A stretch of 64,000 nucleotides of DNA, taken from positions 19,619 through 83,618 of the forward strand of contig MGLK01000026.1 of NCBI GenBank assembly GCA_001794825.1, given 5' to 3'. The notes under the pieces are model-generated. The model ran no database searches. It saw nothing but the letters and a program-made list of their open reading frames with translations, and was not told the DNA's origin. Numbering within the stretch: the first letter of the stretch is position 1; each line of letters opens with the position of its first letter. This document shows, in pieces, positions 31,203 through 39,400 of this stretch. Origin of the DNA: Caulobacterales bacterium RIFCSPHIGHO2_01_FULL_70_19. Lineage in GTDB: Bacteria; Pseudomonadota; Alphaproteobacteria; Caulobacterales; Caulobacteraceae. A program made the translations under genes and the position numbers.

Positions 31203-33448
31203 CAGTCGGTTCCGGCCGGTAGAGGGAGACGAATCTGGACGCAGGTGGCGAACTCGGGCGGCGGCGGCACGACGTTGGCCGTCCCTCCGAACGCGGCCGC
31301 GCCGCGGCGAACCAGCGCCAGGCCGAGCCCCATGCCCGATCCAAGCGGGTCCTGACTGGAGTCCGTGGTGGTGAACAGGGGATCGAACACCCGTTCCTTG
31401 AGCAGGTTGGGAATGCCGATTCCGGTGTCCGCGACTTCCAGCACGTGGTGGCGGCCATCGTTCCAGGCGCGGAAGGTGATCCGTCGTGGGCCGTCGCCCG
31501 ACTTCGCCGTCACGGCCTTCAGGGCGTTAGTGTACAGGTTGAGCGCCAACCCGTTGTACAGCGAGGCGGGCACCAGGGGCGAGAGAAGGTCCGAGTCGGC
31601 CTCGATCTCCAGCGAGATGCCCCGGGTGTCTGCATAGCTGCCAAACACACGCGCGACCTGCTGCAGACGAGGCCGGACCTTGTACGGCTTGTTCGGCGTG
31701 ACGCGCGACCCCCGGATATAGCCTTGGGAGTAGGTGACGAACTCCTCGAGCTTGGCGATATGCCCAGCGAAGGCGTCGGCCGTCTCGGCGAAGGTCTCAT
31801 CCTTTCGCGCGAGCTCGAGCAGTTTGCGCTGCGTGTCCTTCAGCTCATGCAAGGCAATGCCGAACTCGTGGGTCATGAACCCGGCGACGACGCCGAGGAG
31901 GCTCATCACTTCAAGCTGACGAACGCGCTCCTGGGCGCTCTCATCCTGCTCCGTCGCCCGGCGTTCGGTCTGCGCCAGCGCCGAAACGATGCGATTCTTC
32001 TCGTGTTCCGGGATCGTGGAACTGGCCTCGATGGCCTCGATCGCCTCGCGGGTCTCGGTTCGAAGCGCCTTCAGCTTCTCCTTGCGCTCAGCCTCTTCTT
32101 CGTCCCGCTGGATGGCGCGGTCGGCATAGGCGATCAGCTCGGCGGCGCCGCGAACGATGTCCTGCAGCTGGGCGAAGGCGAGGTTCTCGACGAAGCCTTC
32201 CCGGTCGGCCGAAGCGACCAGGCCCTCCGTCTCGTCCTGCTCAAGGCTGCGCCGGCCCGCCACCTGCACGACCCCCACCACCTGCGTCTGCTGGGGCAGG
32301 CGCAGCATGTAGTTCTCGGACGTCGAGCTGCGAACGGCCGCGTCCATGGGGTAGTGCTTGAGCGCGATGGTGGAACGGGGATCCCGGTAGTTCCGCCCGC
32401 TGTCAGCGGACAGGCGGAGCCAGTCGTCACCCGCCGCTCCATAAGGATAGACCCGGAAAGCCCGATCGAAGACCGCGACGCCAGAGTTGTCGACGATCCA
32501 GCGGCGCGCGCGCGGGCCGTCGACGCCGAGGCCCCTGAAGACGCCCTTGCGGTAAGGGAGAAAGCGCAGATCGGCCCAAGCCCGGCCGATCTCGTTGGCG
32601 TAGGTGTCCGTGACCTCGAGATAGGGCGCCTCATCGCCTTGGCGATACACAGTAATCGTAAGACGGTCGCCTGCGAGGTCGACCACGGCCTTCAGCGCGT
32701 ACGCCTCCAGGATTTCGGCGGCGACATCCCCTTTGGCGGCATCGTCCTTGTCGGCCGGGCGAATCTTGAGAACGAAACCAGGATCCTGCTCGGCGCCCGT
32801 GTCGCGCTCTTCATCCCTCAGGGGCGCGCCGTCCAGCAGGGTTCGCAAGGGAGTGAGCACGCCGATCGACCCAGTGCGAACCCGCTGCATGTTGATGAGG
32901 TCGACGCCGGCCCGAAGCTTGCTGACCGTCAAGGTGACGCCGGTCTGCGCTTCCTCGTGCAGGCGCTCGAGGGTGTAGGGGACGCGCACGTCTCCAAGCT
33001 CCTCGATCCGGTCGATCTCTGGCCAATCAAAGGTGGCTGTGAGTCGCGTCAGTCCTTTACTGTCACGGGCGACCGAGACCAGATGCAGGTGGCGGCCGAG
33101 GAAGCGCACCGCGAACCGGCCGATGCCCTTCTCCCCCGTGATCGCGCGGCCATAGCGAGGGCTGCGGCCCTCAGCCTCCTTGGCGCTGGTTCCGATTCTC
33201 ATCCACCCGTTGATAAACTGGTCGAGCGTCATGCCCAGACCGGTGTCCTGGACGACCAGCTTCCCGTCCGCCAGGGTGACGACGCAATCTTGCGAGTCTG
33301 CGTCGTAGGCGTTCTTGATGAGCTCGATCAGCGCGACTTCGGGCTGTTTGACGAGGCGCTCGCCGAGCTCGCGCAAGATGCGGCTCTCGATGGTGAAGGC
33401 CAACTCGCCTTTACCGACTACGTCCGGCGGAAGGGCGGGCTCGGTCAC
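31202..33448 (-). CDS. Dual GHKL protein: N-terminal MORC/Hsp90/MutL-type ATPase head fused to a C-terminal histidine-kinase core
   Basis: N-terminus: N-box 'ELIKNAYDAD' (33305-33325), G1 'QDTGLGM', G2 'GEKGIGRFA'. Central coiled coil. H-box 'FMTHEFGIALHEL' (His codon 31868-31870). C-terminal N-box 'LYTNALKAV', G1 'VADTGIGIP', F 'FDPLFTT', G2 'GSGMGLGLALV'. GTG 33446-33448 overlaps the MTase TGA. Confidence 0.8.
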   Translation of the reverse strand: MTEPALPPDVVGKGELAFTIESRILRELGERLVKQPEVALIELIKNAYDADSQDCVVTLADGKLVVQDTGLGMTLDQFINGWMRIGTSAKEAEGRSPRYGRAITGEKGIGRFAVRFLGRHLHLVSVARDSKGLTRLTATFDWPEIDRIEELGDVRVPYTLERLHEEAQTGVTLTVSKLRAGVDLINMQRVRTGSIGVLTPLRTLLDGAPLRDEERDTGAEQDPGFVLKIRPADKDDAAKGDVAAEILEAYALKAVVDLAGDRLTITVYRQGDEAPYLEVTDTYANEIGRAWADLRFLPYRKGVFRGLGVDGPRARRWIVDNSGVAVFDRAFRVYPYGAAGDDWLRLSADSGRNYRDPRSTIALKHYPMDAAVRSSTSENYMLRLPQQTQVVGVVQVAGRRSLEQDETEGLVASADREGFVENLAFAQLQDIVRGAAELIAYADRAIQRDEEEAERKEKLKALRTETREAIEAIEASSTIPEHEKNRIVSALAQTERRATEQDESAQERVRQLEVMSLLGVVAGFMTHEFGIALHELKDTQRKLLELARKDETFAETADAFAGHIAKLEEFVTYSQGYIRGSRVTPNKPYKVRPRLQQVARVFGSYADTRGISLEIEADSDLLSPLVPASLYNGLALNLYTNALKAVTAKSGDGPRRITFRAWNDGRHHVLEVADTGIGIPNLLKERVFDPLFTTTDSSQDPLGSGMGLGLALVRRGAAAFGGTANVVPPPPEFATCVQIRLPLPAGTD

Positions 33449-34824
33449 GAGGCAACCGCCGGCGAGAACAGTTCGCGAAGCAGCATGTTCAGCTGATTGA
33501 TCTCGATCTTCCGCAGACCGTTGCTGTGCGCGACGATGCGCCCGGCCAGGTCCATCGTCGCCGCTGTCGAGGCCAGTCTCGCCTTGCTCGCCTCGTCGAT
33601 ATTGTAGAGGCCGCAGACGCCGCCGACGGCCTTGGCGCCGATGATGTTGTTCACCGCCTTGGGAAAGCGCCCGCGGAAGCTCTGCGACATCAGCATGTCG
33701 GGCGTCGGCGGCATGACGAACCGCCACCAGACCTCCCGGCCGTTGCAGGTTGCGGTCTTTCGCTCTTCGATGGGGGTGCTCTCCAGGTACAGGAGGAGCT
33801 CCCGGCTCGCCTCTACATCCGTCCGGATCAGCCAACACTTGTGGCCGGGGTCGCGATAGTGGGCGTTGAAGGTCTGCCGATCGAGGACGGCGACATCGTT
33901 CGGCAGGTGTCGGAGGGTGGTGACGCAAGGAACGACGTCGCGGTCCACCCGCAGTCCCCCGTGCACCCGCTCCCCCTCGGTCAGGGTCAGGATTTTCTGC
34001 GTGCCGGGACTGAGACCGCGCACAGCGCGAGCTTCGCCGGCCTTTACATCGGCGCGGCGCCGGTAGCCGATCACGCCGCCTTCTCCGCCGGTAGGCGAGG
34101 GCAGGGGGGTATAGGCGCCGTCGGCGGTCTCTTCGAAGTAACGCCAGCGCCCATCCGTCCCGGTCTTGTCGATCAGGGTGATGCTCGCCGTAGTCAGGAC
34201 CGCGTCAAAGGTGCTGTCGACCAGACGGTAGACATCCACGCGCCAACCCTTGCCCTTGATGTAGTCCCGAAGCGCCTTCGCCGAGGGGCGAGAAACCCAT
34301 TCGAACGGGACCACCAGCGCGCACAGACCGTCCGGCTTGGTGCTGGCCAACGCCAGGAAGAAGAAATATTGCCAGGCGTTCGCCAGCCCGGACAGGCGCA
34401 CGCCCGTGCGCTCCTCGATCACCTTGCTGGCCGATCGCCGCCATCCGTCGGGCAGGTGCTGGTTGCGCACGAACGGCGGGTTACCGATGCACACGTCGGC
34501 CTGCATGCGGTCGGCCGAAAAGGCGCACTGGTCCAGAAGGTCTGCATTGTCTGGTAAGTCAGCGTCCCGGATCCGGGTCTTGTCCACCTCGAAGCCGATG
34601 TATTGATCGTACCGGCCGCAGCGGGCGAAACGTCCATCGCCGGCTCCGAAGTCCACCACCATGCCGACGTGTTCGCGCAGCTGGTGCACATGGTCCCAGG
34701 TCGCCCTCACCAGCTTGGGAGGAGTGTCGACCTGGCAAATGTTGAGGTAGAGCGCGATCGTCCGCTCGCAGCCCCATTCGGGCGCGAGTCGAGACGCCAC
34801 GGTCGTTTCGGCAGCCCCCTGCAC
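33445..34824 (-). CDS. N6-adenine DNA methyltransferase (gamma-class, Eco57I/TaqI-like) with large C-terminal target-recognition region
   Basis: Motif I 'VVDFGAGDGRF' (~34632-34661) precedes motif IV 'IGNPPFV' (NPPF codons 34471-34482). About 250 aa of C-terminal region with no recognised domain. Start codon (GTG 34824) uncertain. Confidence 0.8.
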   Translation of the reverse strand: MQGAAETTVASRLAPEWGCERTIALYLNICQVDTPPKLVRATWDHVHQLREHVGMVVDFGAGDGRFARCGRYDQYIGFEVDKTRIRDADLPDNADLLDQCAFSADRMQADVCIGNPPFVRNQHLPDGWRRSASKVIEERTGVRLSGLANAWQYFFFLALASTKPDGLCALVVPFEWVSRPSAKALRDYIKGKGWRVDVYRLVDSTFDAVLTTASITLIDKTGTDGRWRYFEETADGAYTPLPSPTGGEGGVIGYRRRADVKAGEARAVRGLSPGTQKILTLTEGERVHGGLRVDRDVVPCVTTLRHLPNDVAVLDRQTFNAHYRDPGHKCWLIRTDVEASRELLLYLESTPIEERKTATCNGREVWWRFVMPPTPDMLMSQSFRGRFPKAVNNIIGAKAVGGVCGLYNIDEASKARLASTAATMDLAGRIVAHSNGLRKIEINQLNMLLRELFSPAVAS

Positions 34825-35064
34825 CGTGCTTCTTCTCTTACGTCGTCTCGCCCTGACCGGCGTGGGCAGATGCTAGGGGAACAACCCTTGCTTATCAACT
34901 AAGCTGTTGATTCCGCCGTCGTTCCGATAGTCCTTGATCAGAGGACCTGACGCCGAGGTGGGCTTGGGGCGGCCCGCGTCGGCGTGGCAGGACGCCAGGG
35001 CTTGACGCAGGTCAACGTGAACCCCTCCTGCCCATGGAACAAGAAGCCGAAGGGAGGCCCAGCA

Positions 35065-35910
35065 ATGGCCATGCGCGATATACTGTTACAGATCGACACC
35101 TATCCCGAAGCGACATCGAATGACGCCCTCGATCAGGCCATCCGGTTCGCGGTGGCCATGGACGGATTGCTGTCGGCATTGGCGGTCGAGGTCGAGATTC
35201 AGGCTCCCCGCAATCGGCTGGCCGACTATCTGATCGGCCTCGCTCACATTGCTGCCGAGGAGGAGCGGAAAAGCCGCCGCCTTTGCGCAGCGGCGCTTGA
35301 GCTCTTCAACACGAGGGCCGAGGCGGCAGGCGTGCTCGGCCAAGCCATTCATGGCCGCGCGGATCTCTACAGCGTCGGGACCTATGTCGCCGACGCGTCG
35401 CGCACCCGTGACCTCTGCATCGTACCTGTCGCCGACCGATTTGACGGGCAGCGCGCCATTCTGGAGGCGGTCGCCTTCGGCTCCGGTCGTCCGGTCCTGA
35501 CCTTCCGCCCCGGCGTGGCAGACCTCGCCGCCGCGCTGAACACGATCGTACTCGCCTGGGACGGATCGCGCACAGCGGCCCGCGCCCTGGCGGATGCCCT
35601 GCCCATCCTTGGGAAGGCGCGCGAAGTGCGGATTCTGACGGTGATCAACGAGAAACCCACCGCGCGCGCAGGCTTGGGCCAGGACGTCCGACGTCATCTC
35701 GAGGCGCACGGCGTCAGCGCCGCGGTCGACGAAGTCGACGCGGGCGGACGACGCATAGGACAGGTGTTCGAGGACTACCTGGCCGGACGTGACGCCGATC
35801 TCTTCGTAATGGGCGCCTACGGCCGATCACGGGCAAGGGAGTTCATCCTCGGCGGTGCGACGGAGCACATGCTGCACGATCCCCGCGTTCCCCTGCTTCT
35901 GTCGCACTAA
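35065..35910 (+). CDS. Universal stress protein (tandem UspA domains)
   Basis: 'ILLQIDTYPE', C-terminal ATP-binding-type 'DLFVMGAYGRSRAREFILGGATEHML'. ATG 35065. Confidence 0.8.
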   Translation: MAMRDILLQIDTYPEATSNDALDQAIRFAVAMDGLLSALAVEVEIQAPRNRLADYLIGLAHIAAEEERKSRRLCAAALELFNTRAEAAGVLGQAIHGRADLYSVGTYVADASRTRDLCIVPVADRFDGQRAILEAVAFGSGRPVLTFRPGVADLAAALNTIVLAWDGSRTAARALADALPILGKAREVRILTVINEKPTARAGLGQDVRRHLEAHGVSAAVDEVDAGGRRIGQVFEDYLAGRDADLFVMGAYGRSRAREFILGGATEHMLHDPRVPLLLSH

Positions 35911-36078
35911 CGCAGACACGTCGCCACTCCTGTGCACAAACAGATTTCGTTGGGCTGAGTCCTTTTCCCCTCCCGTGGGCTGGACGCTTGGTCGGGCGAG
36001 ATGATGACGATCCCTGGCGCCTGAACCAGGCACCATCAGCCAGCCACTCAGCTCAGGCGACGGCGCTGTCTGCAATCC

Positions 36079-36372
36079 TTAGTTGGACGCCTCTCCGTCC
36101 CGTGCGCCAGCGTCCGGTTCGGGCAGGTACCGGAGGATCCAGATGCTGAAGAAGAAGAGCACGACGGCGCCGCTGAGACCTATGAGGATCTGATGCTCCA
36201 TCACCCGACCCCAGCCGAGGATGGGGACGAAGCCGAATGCGAACGAAGCCAGACCCAAATTGCCGAGCAGTCGCGCACGCATGATCAAGAGGGCGGACTT
36301 TTGGTGAGGCGCGAGCGGCGGCATTGAAGTCTCCGAAGCGTTGATCATTTGACGGGCCGACCGCGCAGGCAA
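36079..36372 (-). CDS. Small hypothetical membrane protein
   Basis: Two hydrophobic segments, 'LLGNLGLASFAFGFVPILGW' and 'ILIGLSGAVVLFFFSIWIL'. Lies 48 nt downstream of the recombinase gene. Start uncertain. Confidence 0.45.
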   Translation of the reverse strand: MPARSARQMINASETSMPPLAPHQKSALLIMRARLLGNLGLASFAFGFVPILGWGRVMEHQILIGLSGAVVLFFFSIWILRYLPEPDAGARDGEASN

Positions 36373-36420
36373 GTGCCACTGTCGGCCCCTCTTGTATACT
36401 TCAAGCGGGGAGGGTTCCTT

Positions 36421-37002
36421 CTACTTGGCGCCAGCCGTCGCCCGGTTCCGGGCCAAAGCCCGGTAAAGGGTGCTGCGTGAGACGCCCAAAGACGAGGCGA
36501 TTGCCTCCATCGTCTGATCCGGGTGGCTCAGGAGGAGCCGCGCCTGTGCGATCTGTCGCTCGCTGAGCGCCCGCTTGCGGCCACCCCTTCTCCCGCGCGC
36601 CCGTGCAGCCGCCAGGCCGGCCATGGTCCGCTCCCGAATGAGATCCCGCTCCATCTCGGCAAGCGCTGCCATCATGTGGAAGAAGAATCGGCCGGCGGGC
36701 GTCGTCGTATCGATGCCGTCCGTGAGGCTGCGGAAGCCGACCCCTCGACCTCTCAGTTCAGCGACCAGCTCCACCAGCTGGCGGACGGTTCGGCCGAGGC
36801 GGTCCAGCTTCCATACGGTGAGCGTATCGCCCTCACGCAAGTAGCTCAGGGCTTCCCTCAAGCCAGGGCGCTCGACCTGCGCACCCGAGGTGGCATCGGC
36901 GAAGATCTGGCTGCAGCCGGCGGCCCTCAGAGCGTCGGTCTGCAGATCAACGTTCTGATCCGCTGTCGAAACGCGGGCGTAGCCAACCATCATGTCGCAC
37001 AA
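36421..37002 (-). CDS. Serine recombinase (resolvase/invertase family)
   Basis: 'VGYARVSTADQNVDLQ' with the catalytic Ser, 'VWKLDRLGR', C-terminal HTH 'IASSLGVSRSTLYRAL'. The real start is probably one of the internal Met codons (MMVGYARVS). Confidence 0.92.
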   Translation of the reverse strand: MCDMMVGYARVSTADQNVDLQTDALRAAGCSQIFADATSGAQVERPGLREALSYLREGDTLTVWKLDRLGRTVRQLVELVAELRGRGVGFRSLTDGIDTTTPAGRFFFHMMAALAEMERDLIRERTMAGLAAARARGRRGGRKRALSERQIAQARLLLSHPDQTMEAIASSLGVSRSTLYRALARNRATAGAK

Positions 37003-37317
37003 CTCGTCGAAGGGCCGATTTGCGGCACATAGAATCAGCGACAGGGTTTTGACACAAGCGCGGTGTCGAGTTTGCGGCAGTTGGGGAGTCGCCAGGACCG
37101 CCGCGCCAGAAACGACCGTTTGTGCGACGCCGGCCGACTTTGTTTTTCGGATCGCGGCAGCCCTTCAGAAGGGGGCGGGGCCAGAACAGCATCAGTTCGG
37201 CGTTTGCCTGCGGACGCCGTTCGCAGGGTGTGGCTAGTCGCCGCCCTCGCAGCCCGCGTCTATGGGGCAAAAGGGCAGCTACAGTGGAAGTAGCCGGCGG
37301 CCCTCGACTTGGGGTTT

Positions 37318-39399
37318 CTAGGAGGCCTTGGCGACCTCAACCAATCTGCCTCCTTCCAGCTTAAGCACTCGATCTGCAGCCTCAATCAACCTAGGCCGAT
37401 GGGCGACGACGATTCGCGTAATTTTTAATCCCTTTACGAAATCGCAGATCAGCGCCTCGTTCTCGCTGTCCAAGTTCGCGGTTCCTTCGTCCAGGACGAG
37501 GATGGCCGGATCGCGGTATATGGCACGAGCCAGGATCACACGCTGAAGCTGTCCACCCGATAGACTGGTGCCCATGTCGCCAACGCGAGTCCAGTAGCCC
37601 ATCGGCATTTCCTCAATCTCGTCGGCGATCTTGGCCGCCGCGGCAGCCCGCTTCACACGGTCTAAATCAAGCTCAAGAGGAAAACCCGCGATATTCTCGG
37701 CGACGGGACCGGCGAGCAGCTGATCATTCTGGGCCACATAGCCGATGTGCCTTCGGACGGCGGAGCGAGTGTCTGGAGCCAATTCGCGTCCGTCGATCCG
37801 GATACGTCCGCTGGACGGCTCCAGAAGACCAAGCAGCAATTTGACCAACGTCGTCTTGCCTGCGCCGGAGGCTCCAACGATCGCGACGAACTCGCCTTGC
37901 GATATGACGAGGTCTAGGTCACGAAGCACCAACGGAAGTCCAGCGCCGTAGGCATAGGTCACGCCCTGCAGTTCGATCGCACCACGTACGCATATGTTTG
38001 CGCCTGCTACCGTCTCCGGCGGTTCCGACAGAATGTCCTTCAGACGCTCGAGATGGACGTCCAGCAGCCGGAACTGGACCAGTTGCAAGTTGAGGGCGTT
38101 TGCGCGCTCCGCGAATATCTGCCGATACGCCAAAAAGGCGACCAGCATCCCGATTGAGAGGCCGGATCCCGACAGTACCGACCTCGCGCCCAGGTACAGG
38201 ATGATCACCCCCTGCAGCCCCTGCAGGCCGACCTGCACCGCCGCGTTGATCGACTGCCATTTGGAGGCAAGCAGACCTGCGTTGAGCGCTCGGATGAGGA
38301 GGTTCTGCCACTGAGAATCTCGTGTGGTCTCCAGTCCGAGGACCTTGATGAGCGTGGCTCCCCTCACTGATTCTATGAGGTGGTTCTGCTCCTGAGCAGA
38401 CTCTACGACCTGTTCGGCGATTTGCCTGCGCACACGGGGGTAGATGAGCATCGTGACGCCAGCGGAGACGGCGGCGAACAGGGCCGCAATCAGAGCCAGC
38501 GGGGGCGAGTACAGCGTCATTATTGCCAACGCGCCGAGCGCCGTCAGCAGATCCAGCCCTGCGGTCAGCACGCCCTTGGTCAGAACCTCCTGCACGCTTC
38601 GAACGGAGTTCACCCGTGACAGGACATCCCCGACGGCTCTGACCTGAAAATAAGCCATCGGCAGGCGAATGAGCCGATGAACGACGTTACTGAGCAGTCG
38701 GAAGTTAAGGCCGGCTCCGACGATGTTGAGCGTCCAAGCTCGGAGGCCGTCGAGAAGGGCGTGGGTGACAACGATCACCCCGAAGGCCACGGCCAGCGGC
38801 AGCAGGATGTCTGCGTCCTCACCACTGATCGCGCGATCGAGGGTCAGCTGGGTTTGAAGCGGGAGCGCAAAGAGGACCACCTGGAGCGCCAGCGACACTA
38901 TCAGGGCTTGGCCGGCGACTGCATTCAGTCCGGACAGACCGCGAAACAGATCCCGAAGGCGCAGGGGCGTACGGGCATCGATGGGCCGGAACTCGGGGGC
39001 GCGATCGAGTTCCAGCGCCACCCCTGTGAAGGCGTCCGACAGCACTTTCCGCGGAACTTTCCGAGCTCCAACGGCGGGGTCAATGATTGTCGCCTCCCTG
39101 CCGTCGAAGCCGGAGAGGACAACGAAGTGGTCAAAGCGCCAGTGAAGGACCGCGGGGAGTTGAAGAAGCTCAAGCTCTTCTATTTCCACGCGGATGGGTC
39201 TCGTTCGCAGGCCGAGCGCTTCGCCCACGTCCATCAAGGTAGCGAGCGTGGCTCCGGCTGCCGAACTGGGGAACCGCTTCTTCAGATCCGTCAGGTCGAT
39301 CTTGTGGCCCCAGTAGCCCGCAACCATGGCGAGGCAAGCCAATCCGCAATCGGCCTGCTCCGCCGCGAGGATCATCGGAACATTGCGGCGTCTGGGCAT
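37318..39399 (-). CDS. Peptidase-C39-domain ABC transporter (PCAT, bacteriocin/RiPP exporter)
   Basis: C39 catalytic 'QADCGLACLAMVAGYWG' and 'FDHFVVL'. Six-TM region. Walker A 'GASGAGKTT', signature 'LSGGQLQR', Walker B 'ILVLDEGT'. ATG 39399 lies 2 nt from the HlyD stop. Confidence 0.9.
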   Translation of the reverse strand: MPRRRNVPMILAAEQADCGLACLAMVAGYWGHKIDLTDLKKRFPSSAAGATLATLMDVGEALGLRTRPIRVEIEELELLQLPAVLHWRFDHFVVLSGFDGREATIIDPAVGARKVPRKVLSDAFTGVALELDRAPEFRPIDARTPLRLRDLFRGLSGLNAVAGQALIVSLALQVVLFALPLQTQLTLDRAISGEDADILLPLAVAFGVIVVTHALLDGLRAWTLNIVGAGLNFRLLSNVVHRLIRLPMAYFQVRAVGDVLSRVNSVRSVQEVLTKGVLTAGLDLLTALGALAIMTLYSPPLALIAALFAAVSAGVTMLIYPRVRRQIAEQVVESAQEQNHLIESVRGATLIKVLGLETTRDSQWQNLLIRALNAGLLASKWQSINAAVQVGLQGLQGVIILYLGARSVLSGSGLSIGMLVAFLAYRQIFAERANALNLQLVQFRLLDVHLERLKDILSEPPETVAGANICVRGAIELQGVTYAYGAGLPLVLRDLDLVISQGEFVAIVGASGAGKTTLVKLLLGLLEPSSGRIRIDGRELAPDTRSAVRRHIGYVAQNDQLLAGPVAENIAGFPLELDLDRVKRAAAAAKIADEIEEMPMGYWTRVGDMGTSLSGGQLQRVILARAIYRDPAILVLDEGTANLDSENEALICDFVKGLKITRIVVAHRPRLIEAADRVLKLEGGRLVEVAKAS

Positions 39400-39400
39400 A

